Source: Hydrurus foetidus
Taxonomy: Eukaryota
DNA: 64,000 nucleotides
Assembly (NCBI GenBank): GCA_900617105.1
Contig: UYFQ01000469.1
Location: 1-64,000, forward strand
Direction: 5' to 3'
This document shows, piece by piece, positions 1 through 11,486 of the stretch (position 1 is its first letter; each line of letters begins with the position of its first letter). Both the position numbers and the translations under genes were made by a program. Below the pieces are notes generated by a model. It saw only the letters and a list, made by a program, of their open reading frames with translations. It was not told where the DNA came from and did not search any database.

Positions 1-942
1 CTGGCGTGGGAAATCTCACTGGAACTCTGCGTCTTGGACAGCGACGGAACGCGGACGCGGTGATTCAGGGAAAAGAGGAGTAGGTTGGTCGAGGGTGAGG
101 AATAGTAGGTTAAGGGTGTGGTAGTAGGAGTCAGGGGGATTGGAATGGTTTGGTGCGATTTCGGGAGGAAATCGCAACAAAATTTGGACGTGGGCGGCGG
201 CTTCGTAAGGAACGAAGCTGGGCGTGGGCGCGTTGGATTTCGTTCGTAAACGAGTTTGGGAGGTGTTACTTGCTTGCAAGTTCCTTTCCTTCGTAAGCCT
301 TCGCGTAGAAGAGCTACACGATATTTTGGGAATAAATCGCCAATATTTGAGGTCGCGAACGACTACGATTCAGAGGCTGTCGCGTTGACGAGACCTTTGT
401 AATATCGTTTTGGGTGGTTTTCACTCCTGAAGAGTTACTCAACTTGTTGCTCAGACTGTTTTACGGTCGTTGCGGGATTTTTTGTTGGGACGTTTGGTCA
501 ACTTGGATCTTAGAGATCACTAGCTGGTTCCAAATACCGGTATTGTGGCCTTGCCAGGATCTGGGCGTTGGGAGCGGGACGGCTGGGAGCGGGAGCAAGG
601 GAAAGGAAGCTGGGAGAGCTATTGCGATGGAAACAATGTGGTTAGCTTACAGGTAAACACAGCAGGTATCATGGCAATGAATCGGATGGATCGGATCGTC
701 CTCGATCCGGTCCGAACGTACGCCTGTACCCGTACAGCCCGTACGGGTGTGCGGGTCACAGAGGGGTACTGAGGCACTTAAGTCGATGCAGGCGCATCAG
801 AGCCCTTGTAACCACATTGTGGTGACTTAGACGATAACTAATTCCGTCTGTCGCCGTTGTACTCTGTTCTAATATAGGATGCGTAGGCCTCACGACAGAG
901 GGTAAGGTCGAATTAGGTGATTTCCTAAGGAAGTCAGTCACA

Positions 943-2074
943 GTGGGAACTGCTAAGACGTACGATGGTCACTGGCAAGGGTGGTGCGAGTTCATAGAGA
1001 ATATCGAAGCGGGCAAAGATCCCTATCTGAGAGGGCAGCGTGAGGAGGATAAGGCTGCTATAGTAGCTTTGTATCTTCACACGCGGTATAACGGCGGTGC
1101 ACGTGGTAAGGGTGCCACGTCAGTCACGGCTGGTTTGAAGCTCGCTTTCACTACGGCCCTGCTACCCTGTCAGTTCCTGGACTCCCCAGTCCTCACAGCT
1201 GCTCGGGCAGCATGCAGGCTTAGCACTGCAGAGATACGGGATAAAAGAAATGAGGGCCCCAGCGGTAGTGTGAAACTCCCACTATGCGAAAGTATTTTAG
1301 CCCGGATGAGAGACCGCCTATGGGTGACTGCAGTATGGGATCAGGTTGGTATAGACCGACGGATGGTATACCTGGCTGTAATGTGGGCTTATAATATGGA
1401 CGCTCGGGTCAGCGAGTACACTGCACCGGAGAGAGGAGGCGAAGATCACTGCGTGAGAGCAAGTGACTTGGACTTTGAGTTAGTTTCTGGAGAAAGGAAG
1501 AAAGGGGGGCAGATACTACCTAAACCGGAGTTGGTGTGTGCATGCTGGGTGAAGGCGGCCTCCCAGAAGACGACTTCAGTCATGAAGATGAAGCTGATAG
1601 GGAGGAGGACCGCTGAAGAGAGTCAATTTCTTGATGACCTAGTGAACTGGGTGACTCATTCGGGGGTGGCTGAGTCAGACAGACTTTTTACCCGCTATAC
1701 TGAGTTGAAGTGCGGTACCAGGTCGAAAAAGTTACTCAACGCAAGAATGGTGAGGGACGAGATAAAACGTACGTGCGTACTGGAAGGGTTGCCAGCGGAG
1801 CATTTCTCGAGCCATTCATTACGAAAGGCTGCCACGACGCACATGAGGGCACTTGGAGCGTCAGAAAGACATGAGAGATAGAGGAGGATACGCATCCGGA
1901 TCAAGAGTGATGGCACAAACCTATGACTACTCATCAGCTGGCCATGGCCCTCTTTCATCTAATGCACTGAACGGGGGTGCCCGTCCTGACGTTCACGACA
2001 TTAGGCGGTTCCTACCACAGTCACGCAACACTGAAAGGGCTCACCTTGGATTGACGGGTGAAGGTGATCGCTAA
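943..2074 (+). pseudogene. Tyrosine recombinase of the YR retroelement, split by a frameshift near 1866
   Basis: N-terminal S..GTAKTY..HW..WCEF; catalytic R in DARVSEY; HSLR box. The C-terminal GGY..S..M...Y (nucleophile candidate in TYDY) is in the next frame (ORF 1853-2074). The frame is open from about 826. Confidence 0.85.
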
Positions 2075-2482
2075 CCCTGACAAGAATCCGGACCCACCGG
2101 TTGGCTGAGTAAGATCGAGCCGGTGGTGTCTGTGTCTTGAAGGAGGCGTCTGGGCACACGAGTGCACCCCAATTAGGGTAACTAAGAGTTAATTAACGAG
2201 ATGGTCCTATGTTGAACTGTAACTACGTACGTTTCACCCTGCGCGGACAGCTTCTAGGGGTGCACGGACGTCTTTAGTGATGTACGGACGAGGCATCTGA
2301 GTACGTTCGTAAGTACTTACGGAGAGCATGCCAGGCAGCACGTACGTAAGTACGGACATTATTTTAAATGGCGCACGTACGGTATGTACAAATCGAGAAA
2401 AAACCTGACGGGAGTGAATACGTTCCGACCTGTACGTACGCCATTACCACCAAGAGGATTGAGACCGTGTAGAGAAAGAGAA
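2053..2482 (+). repeat. Split direct repeat B1 (430 bp)
   Basis: Matches 2951-3380 at offset 898 with about 3 substitutions seen by eye; overlaps the YR stop codon. Confidence 0.95.
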
Positions 2483-2950
2483 TTGTATGACGCCGGGAAC
2501 TTGTGCACTTGCGGATTGGGTTCTCTGGATCGGAGTCGGCTCAAAACGGTTGCAAGTTGTTCTCTTTAGGTCCGAAGTACGAATTGCTTGGACTTAGACT
2601 TCCTTATGGAATTTTTGGAGAACGGTAACAAGACAAAGTGTAGCGCAGCAATAGACGTAGAATACAACACAGAACACGTTTTCAGTTTTCAGTGTACACA
2701 CACCTAACACTATACGGTTTTGTCCACGTTTCAATGCTTCATTTCTTGCAAATCTTTCAGTTCTTGCAGCACTGGTTGCAAGACTGCAGTGCACATGCAT
2801 AGTAGGTTTAAATTGAATATTACGTAGTTTTAGCAGCTTCTTTCGCAGAATCTTCAAGTTAAACAGTTTTTTACCCCGTAGCCAGCCATGCCTATCATAT
2901 TGAATTGTTTTGTTGCTTGAATTTTGTTTACCCGACCACTTGCGTGCCCG

Positions 2951-3380
2951 GATGGGTGAAGGTGATCGCTAACCCTGACAAGAATCTGGACCCACCGGTT
3001 GGCTGAGTAAGATCGAGCCGGTGGAGTCTGTGTCTTGAAGGAGGCGTCTGGGCACACGAGTGCACCCCAATTAGGGTAACTAAGAGTTAATTAACGAGAT
3101 GGTCCTATGTTGAACTGTAACTACGTACGTTTCACCCTGCGCGGACAGCTTCTAGGGGTGCACGGACGTCTTTAGTGATGTACGGACGAGGCATCTGAGT
3201 ACGTTCGTAAGTACTTACGGAGAGCATGCCAGGCAGCACGTACGTAAGTACGGACATTATTTTAAATGGCGCACGTACGGTATGTACAAATCGAGAAAAA
3301 ACCTGACGGGAGTGAATACGTTCCGACCTGTACGTACGCCATTACCACCAAGAGGATTGAGACCGTGTAGAGAAAGAGAA
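2951..3380 (+). repeat. Split direct repeat B2 (430 bp), probable right terminus of the element
   Basis: Direct copy of 2053-2482. Confidence 0.95.
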
Positions 3381-3668
3381 CCTCTAAAACTCTTGAACCT
3401 TGAACCTTGAACTCCATCACACAATTTATATACGTCAGTTTGGACGAAGTCGTTTAAGAGAAGATCTATTCAACAGTTTTGATTGGAGTACTAGAAGCAG
3501 GTCAGATCGATAGAGACTAATAGCAGGTTTCAGCGATCGCCCACAGTTGCATCTCGAATTCTGAAAATGCGGATCAAAATCTTCGGTAGCTGCAAACGGC
3601 TGCCATTTGAGGCACTGCACCCTTCCACCGTACGGTCACTGTCAGAGAGTCGCTAATCGATTGTGGTG

Positions 3669-5812
3669 ATGCCCACTGTGCCAATCAGTGGACTTCCTAA
3701 TATGGGTATCATAATGATGAGCAACCCGCTTCATAATGAGGTCACTGATGATTTTAGTGACACACATGTCAACGTCATCGCAGCGTCACAGAAATCTATA
3801 ATCAAAACCTCCGTAGACTTCCAGACTGATAGACCCTCACAGTTTGCCAAATTCTTAGCATTCTGGCGGAATCTTGACGGATCGATAATCACCGTCGGCA
3901 CAATTGTCTTTGTTGGCGACACATCTCGTGGTATTCTCTTTCCAGTACTCTCTACTCTTAATGCTGCTCTAGGAGGAGGCGTAGTCGATCTGGGATATTT
4001 GGTGGCTATGTTCTCTATCGGTAGAATGATTGTGACCGCACCTCTGGGTTATATCAGTGATCGATACCGGCACAAATTACCGCTCATCATGTCAAGTACA
4101 CTTCTCATGCTTGGGGCAGTATTATGGGGCAACGCTTACTCCAGCAATAGACTGTATGTCCTTTACATTGCCCAATTTATAATGGGTGTTGGATCAGGTA
4201 GTCTTGGAGTCACTCGATCATTCGTTGTCGAGCAGTGCGAGCCTTCAAGGCGGACACAAGTACTTGCTGTCATCACGGCACTGCAATACGCTGGTTTCAC
4301 AGTATCTCCTATTGTCGGTTCTTGGCTCGTCACACTCGGAATTCAATCAAACCCTTACTGGTCTTTTGCTCTTCCTTCCTATCTAATAGCTCTGTTGGCT
4401 TCGTGGTGTCTCATTGCATTGCTCACTGTATTCCAGAACATTCCAGTTACTCCTATTATCTACACACACTCACTGAAGGAAACTTGCATCAAAGATGAGT
4501 CAGCAGAAGAGACCTCTCACCCGGGTAGAATTCTGAAGAGTGAGGATGCAGAATGCGGTGAATCGAAGATGAGTCGATCAAGAGCGAAGTCAGAGGTTGA
4601 GAGACAACAAGAGAACGTCCGACTACAACAAGGAATGTTCTACGTAATCCTAGGAATGTTCCTCCTAAACATCGCCACTAAAGGTGGTATTGCTGTGTAT
4701 GAGACTTTGGGTGCTCAGATCGGATTAGTCGAGTACAGAATGTCAACCCTCGCCATTGGGGCGCTTATCAGCGGATCAGGGGCAGTGGGTTTTATCCAGT
4801 TACTGCTCTTCCCGGCTATATGGACGAAGTACTTTACAGGTAGTAATTGTCGACTCTTGACTTCATCTTATGAATAATGTCTGCACTTAAGATGACTGCA
4901 AGTGAGACTGACATCTGGTAGTCTTTATCTCTGTGTCATGCTGCGCAAGTCTTGAGAGATAGTCCAACCTTTTTTGTTTTATACTTCTTATTTATTTTCT
5001 ATTTAGTTATTATTTATTCCATTCATTCTATCTGTTTTACTCTTGTCATTCTCTTCAATGTAATTGTGCTGTGCCATGTTTACTATGATGACACTAATTA
5101 TAATCAGAATACCATATTATAATTGTTGAAATGATTTAAATAGTACTCCATGATTATTACCTATTCTTCACCAACAGATCTCCAGCTGATGCTAGGAGGC
5201 ATAGCCGTTATGATAGCTGCTCAACTCATCGGGCTCTCTTATGGCGGCACACAGCACTTCGAGCGCTATATCACCAGCGTTGTACTGATGTATGCTGTAG
5301 GGTATCCCATAGGCCACACAGCTGTCTTGGGAGCGTTCTCCAAGATTCAGAAATCCGGCCCGCAAGCAGCCTTAATGGGTTGGTTCGCCACAGCAGGCTC
5401 CCTCTCCCGCATCATCTTCCCCATATTATCCGGTTATCTCGACAAAGCAGTTAAGAACAGTCCTTTCAACGTAGTGTTGTTCGTGCTGTCTCTGTCTTAC
5501 ATGGGCATAGTCGTGCTCAAGACACACATGCGTACGTACATCGAAGTAGATCGTGGAATGAAGGTGTCACGTGTGAGACAAAGCGAAGGAGATATGAGTA
5601 ATATTGTCACACAGTCTGCATCTGGCCTGTGTGGACGGCTTTTTGGGGCGTTGAGGGCATTGCACGCACTGACTATCAAAGAGAAAACAGAGGTGGTGAC
5701 TATGATGATGTTGATGGCATTCACCGTTCTTGACATAGTAAACGTCTCTGAAGAGTCTAGAGAAGGAGATGGGTTCACTTTCGACAAAGACAGAGGCCCA
5801 GGTGCACGATAA
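3669..5812 (+). CDS. Major facilitator superfamily transporter (MFSD8-like); exons 3669-4839 and 5178-5812
   Basis: Motif A-like GYISDRYRHK and about 12 hydrophobic segments. A GT-AG intron at 4840-5177 joins the two ORFs in frame (FT-D-LQ). Confidence 0.88.
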
Positions 5813-7580
5813 TCGTCGATTTCTCTTTATTTCTTATTTATTTATTTTATTTCTTCTACTATGATAGTTAAATCTGTAAACAGGGTAGAAGTGCATGTAG
5901 CAACTTCGTTGCGTACTGCACGACAGTGCTTGCTGTGCCGAGAAAGAAAAAGATGAAATAGGAATCTCTACGATTTACTTTCTCTTACTTGGTAAAGAAA
6001 GTAATCTATCTCATTCTACATATTACTATGATGAGTGCTGCATCGTACTCCATTTTTTATTTATTTGATTAGTTTAGTATTTTAGTAGCCTCTATGCATG
6101 GTTTTCTTGCGATATGGGAAACGTACAGGACATTCTCAATTATCCGATTTTTTTCTCTTGAATACTCACAGAGTCATCAGCATTGTACTGGATGTAAAAT
6201 GGAACATTTATTTATTTGAATATCCATTTTCCTTGTCTTTGTCCATCACCCCTCAAATTGTTTTACAGACAAACTTTTTTTCATGCAATCTATTATCGCT
6301 GAATATTTTGCGGTAATTTCAAAACACGATTTTTCTTTCAATTTTAACATTATCTAATTTGTAAGGCGTCTTGGAGTTCTTGTCTGTCCGTTACTTCTAC
6401 TAGATTCTGCATGAATTGATTATCAGTGTGGATTATTTCATTGAGACTTTTCTTGCACGCATGAACATCTCCACATCTCCATGGGTGTCCTTTAAAGCAC
6501 AGTTGCACATGTGCTTCCTGTCTCTCAACAAAGCTGTAGGGTCATCGCTAATCATTCGTCTAGAATATTCGTGTGCGTTGCTCACATCCTCAATTCCATG
6601 TCAATTCCAAGAGCCCTCTGTCATTGATACATACAGCACGGGCAAAGCAACTTGGGGCGACAGGAAGCACTGCAGGAGTGATCAGCGACCTCACTTCGAT
6701 GAGAAGCATTTTCCTTGGTGCTACTGCTTCTCGTACGTCAACGTCATTCTTGCCAAACACACAACACCACGCCACAGCATTTGTCAGCAGGATTGAGGAT
6801 AGGTGGAAGCATTGGTATGCTCGTAGAGTTGAGAGTTGAGACGACAGAGATAGACTAAAGAGGTCTCTTCCGAGGTCATCCATTTTTCACATTTTTTCTT
6901 TCTTTTTTTATTTATTTATTTTTTACTTTCTTTTCCTCTATAATTCTTTTTTTCTCTCCTTTTCGTTTTATTGAGGTCACTTCTGGATAAGAAAGAACAA
7001 TCTTAATTTTTATTCAAAAATATTGTTTTAATTTTTAATTCTATTCTTAATAGAAATAAAGTTGCAGACAAGCAAGTAAGATAGATAGCGCAACTGTTAA
7101 TGTTGATAGCTTAATAAAAACATATTGGTGAGAATAGAATTGAATTGTCGCTGATAAAAATGATGCGCAAGGTGCTTTGAATAAAATATTGCGGTTTGAA
7201 AAAATCAAAACATGCAGCAATTATTCTGCCGACACACTTAAAAGGGATTCATCTAGACTTAAACAATATCATTATCAAATTAAAGAATGTTGCGAATAGG
7301 GACGGTCAGGGTCGATTACGAAAAAAAGAAAAAAGGTTCAGGGTCATGTGACAATAATTTATCCAGATTCGGAGTACCTGGGAAGTACCGAATACCGTGT
7401 ATATATCACACAAAAATAACTGACAATTCTGGATAGTGTGTTTCTGTAAGGCAATTCTCTCAATTGTCAAGCTGCTATGACCTTGATAGCAGTGGTGCAA
7501 TAAGCGGTAAAAATTTGTATTAAATTTTTAGCGATGGACAGAATTTCATGTGTCATTTATTTGATATTTTGGTTCGTTTT

Positions 7581-8769
7581 CTAAACGGACTGCATTTGAG
7601 ATGGAACACGCGATGTCTCACAGGGTAGACTCGATATTTTGACGTTGTCGATGCCCACCTTACGGCGCCCAACACTGCTTGTGAATTTGACTGATACTGG
7701 ACGATTATTTGCAATTTGTGAAACGGTTGTGACGATAACTGTTGCCACGCCTGGCCAACTTATATAAATCCAAATAATGAGGTAGCTCGATTTTCGTAGC
7801 ATGTAATCGAAGCAGAAAACGAAGTAGGACAGTCCCATAAGTGTTGGCATAACCAGTAGGATTCTGTATGCAATTGTCAATCGCTTCAATACAAGCTTTA
7901 TGTCATCCGATGTCTGAGGAAAACTCGATATGTGACTGGAAAGCTCTTTCCGGAGATTTTTCAAAGCAGTCGTTGTTATCCAGCCGTACAATAGACTCAA
8001 GAGACCGATACCTATGAGGCTGACTATCGCAAAAACCCTCTGATAGCTGCGAAATATTATTCCAAGTATAGATATGTGGCTGAATAAAAATGCTAGTGGC
8101 GGCATAGACGAAGTAACCACTCTCAGAAATGCGTACAGACTCTCCAGCTTATCTCTTCTTTCTTTGACCAACATAGTTGAATACTTTTTCAGAAATTTGA
8201 GCACCACGAAGAAGTAAAGAACCAACCCATAAAAGACTAGGAACACAGTGGATGCGAGAAGACAAGTGATATTCATATCTCTTCCCACAAGGCGTTCTTC
8301 GCCGTAAATCAATTTGATTGTCGAAAAAATCGCTTGGACAGACAACTCTACAAGGAAAACCCAGGGAAATAGCATCCTCGGTTGCCACGATATATAGAAG
8401 TACACTTTCTTCTCATACGATCGGAGAATCAAATGGTACGCGATTTGAAGGCCATTCAAAACCGATGTCGCTATTATCAGAGCGTACAGAACTTTCAGTG
8501 ACGTCTTGTTGATGTCACAATCTAATCCTGGAGTCAGCGCGAAGTCCCCAAATTCTGATGTGATGGGAATGATGACAAATGTTTGGAATCATGAGCGTTG
8601 AAAATTGTGGGGTACAGAGGCTGCATGTATCTACCGACAGGCATGCAGTCATACTGCGAGACTTGCCTGTCCAGCCATGGTCGCAAATGCAGCCTAGGGG
8701 TGGAGATTCGCAGTGATAACCATGGTTTGAGCATAGGCTACGCTCTCCGAATGAGGAATCACAGCTCAT
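7581..8769 (-). CDS. EGF-like domain + 7TM receptor-like protein, copy 1 (about 358 aa); exons 8769-8667 and 8554-7581
   Basis: MSC..LCSNHGYHCESPPLGCICDHGWT|EFGDFALTPGLDC is followed by seven hydrophobic segments. The intron at 8666-8555 (GC-AG) restores the frame. Confidence 0.8.
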
Positions 8770-9155
8770 GTGAGAAGTCACGATTTTGGAGACGGATTTG
8801 AGATGCCCCAATCACGTCGATGATGTCATAGGAGAGAATGCCTGTGACAAGAGACACGTCCGCGAGAGGTTTTTCATGTAATACATCAAAAGGCGTGTGT
8901 GATCGAATCCGAAAGCCGTTGGTGACAACAACTTGAGGGATATCGATACTCGACACTATCTTCTATCTTGATATTTGGCAGTTGGAGTTTGGATCTCATG
9001 TGGACTGAATGTGGTAGAATAGGACCTTCCGCATTCGGCGCGCTGATCTTCCCAGTAGACGACATCCTTTGACAAGTAACGACAGTACCATCAGGTGGCA
9101 GCCGCAGTGTTTACGATGTAATCTCAAATCTGCATCCAAAACCCTGACTTCTCAC

Positions 9156-10347
9156 ATGAGCTGTGATTCCTCATTCGGAGAGCGTAGCCTATGCTCAAAC
9201 CATGGTTATCACTGCGAATCTCCACCCCTAGGCTGCATTTGCGACCATGGCTGGACAGGCAAGTCTCGCAGTATGACTGCATGCCTGTCAGTAGATACAT
9301 GCAGCCTCTGTACCCCACAATTTTCAACGCTCATGATTCCAAACATTTGTCATCATTCCCATCACATCAGAATTTGGGGACTTCGCGCTGACTCCAGGAT
9401 TAGATTGTGACATCAACAAGACGTCACTGAAAGTTCTGTACGCTCTGATAATAGCGACATCGGTTTTGAATGGCCTTCAAATCGCGCACTTTATGATACT
9501 CCGATCGTATGAGAAGAAAGTGTACTTCTATATATCGTGGCAACCGAGGATGCTATTTCCCTGGGTTTTCCTTGTAGAGTTGTCTGTCCAAGCGATTTTT
9601 TCGACAATCAAATTGATTTACAGTGAAGATCTATTGGTTGGAAGAGATATGAATATCACTTGCTTTCTGGCATCCACTGTGTTCCTAGTCTTTTATGGGT
9701 TGGTTCTTTATTTTTTTGTGGTGCTCAAATTCCTGCAAACATATTCAACTATGTTTGTCAAAGAACGTAGAGACAGACTCGACAGGCTGTATGCGTTCTT
9801 AAGAGTAGTTACCTCGTCCATACCACCATTGGGGTTTGTTTTCAGCTACATAACTGTGATAGGGATCATATTTCCTAACTATCAGCGGTTCGTTGCGGTA
9901 GCCAGCCTCGCAGGCATCGGTGTTCTAAGTCTTCTGTACGGCTGGATAACAACGACTGCTTTGAGAAATCTTCGCCACGAACTTTCCAGTCACATATCGA
10001 ATTTTCCTCAGACATCGGATGACATAAAACGGGTTTTGAAGCGATTGACAATTGCATACAGAATCATACTGGTTATGTCAATACTTATGGGACTATCCTA
10101 CTTCGTCTTCTGCTTCGATTACATGCTACGAAAATCGAGCTACCTCATTATTTGGCTTCATATAAGTTGGCCAGGCGTGGCAACTATGATGGTAACAACG
10201 GTTTCACAAATCACAAATAATCGTGAGTCAACGAACAGATACACCAGCATTATTGGGCGTCGAAAAATTGCGGACATCGATATTCCTGATCTATCAAGTC
10301 TACCATGTGAGACATCATCTGCTCCATCTCAAATACAGTCCGTTTAG
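9156..10347 (+). CDS. EGF-like domain + 7TM receptor-like protein, copy 2 (about 359 aa); exons 9156-9258 and 9371-10347
   Basis: Paralogue of copy 1. Intron 9259-9370 (CAG|GCAAGT...CATCAG) joins ORF 9069 to ORF 9466 in frame. Confidence 0.8.
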
Positions 10348-11486
10348 AAAAAAATAAAACATGTGACGAATTAAGCTCTGTCTACTATTAGATATATAAT
10401 TTAACTCTTTTCCACTTTTTATTCCACTGCTATCAAGGTCATAGCATAGCAGCTTGACAACTGAAATAATTGCCGTACAGAAACGCACTATCCAGAATTG
10501 TTTGTTATTTTCCTGCCATAAATATACGGTACTTTCCAGGTACTCCAAATCCGAATTATTGTCACATGACACTGAACCTTTTTTTCCTAATCGATCCTGA
10601 CCGTCCCTTTTCGTAATATCGTCTAGTTTTGTAACAGTGTTGGTAAAGTCTACATAAATCAATGTCACAATTTTTCCCTGAATGCGTATACAGAATAATT
10701 ACTGCATGTTTGAATTTTTCAAACTGCAATATTTTACTCAAAGCACCGTGCGTATTATTTCCATCAGCAATACTTAAATGCTTTTTTCATCAATGTGTTC
10801 TCATTTAGCTATCAACATTTATAGGTGCGTCATCTACCTTATTTGCTTGTCTGCTAAATAATTTCTATTATAATTAGAATTAAGAGAAATTAATTAAAAT
10901 AGAAACAGTTTCACTTCCTATCATCCCAAAATGGGTTTGAAGTGCAGTACCGCGAATGCGAATTAAAATCGCAATGCCTGCAAATTTAACCATCGGCAAC
11001 CAAACATTTTAGCATGACCTGAATGAAAGTGTCATCAGTTATCAAGCAACACGAAAAATCGCCTTCAGAATTATCCGCAAAAGTCTCGATTTTCACTCTT
11101 TTGACACTGTACAGTTTTCAGTTTTCTATCTCATACTTCGTGTCTATGAGTTGATACGCTAGTGCAATAGAATATGGAATGGAGAATAGAGCAGCGCGAA
11201 TAGGAAGAAAGTTCATGCCACTGTAGGATTGCTTTCGCGACGATGCTTCATCCTTATGGAAGGCACTGGCTCTCAACCTAACAAGAGTTTGAGGGGCGAG
11301 CTAGTGCCAATATTTTTTCAAAAGCGTAACTGTCGATTGATATTCGATTGCAGAAGCTCAGCTAAGAGCTGTTCTACATCATGTTCTCTGCATGAGATGT
11401 ATAAGCAGTGTTTCAGTCATGCAAAAAGAACAACTGTAACGTTAAGAGCCCAGATAAACCAACGGTGAAAAAAACTTTGGCTGACC

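Larger units (their letters stand above)
1..3380 (+). mobile_element. Tyrosine-recombinase retrotransposon (PAT/TOC1/Ngaro-type split direct repeats), 3' portion; 5' end lies outside the window
   Basis: The YR ORF is followed by B1 (2053-2482), a 468-bp spacer (2483-2950, predicted A2) and B2 (2951-3380). This matches the A1-ORFs-B1-A2-B2 layout. RT/gag were not recognised in the window. Confidence 0.75.
7030..10890. repeat. Large inverted duplication: arms about 7030-8804 and 9121-10890 around a 316-bp unique spacer
   Basis: Reverse-complement match through the 5' UTR, exons, intron and about 550 bp of 3' flank. Outer limits are approximate. Confidence 0.93.

Noticed and set aside
1..825. 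RT/RNase H coding sequence
   Set aside because: The frames I read contain stops and no recognisable motifs.
943..2074. YR as a dedicated invertase for the 7TM palindrome
   Set aside because: It belongs to a retroelement, is frameshifted and is separated by an unrelated gene. No shared sites were seen.
2053..3380. LTR pair or TRIM element
   Set aside because: No TG..CA ends, PBS or TSD. B1 overlaps the YR stop codon, which fits split direct repeats better.
6416..6883. Small gene or pseudogene (overlapping 88-126 aa ORFs)
   Set aside because: Composition is slightly coding-like, but there is no recognisable domain or consistent splice model.
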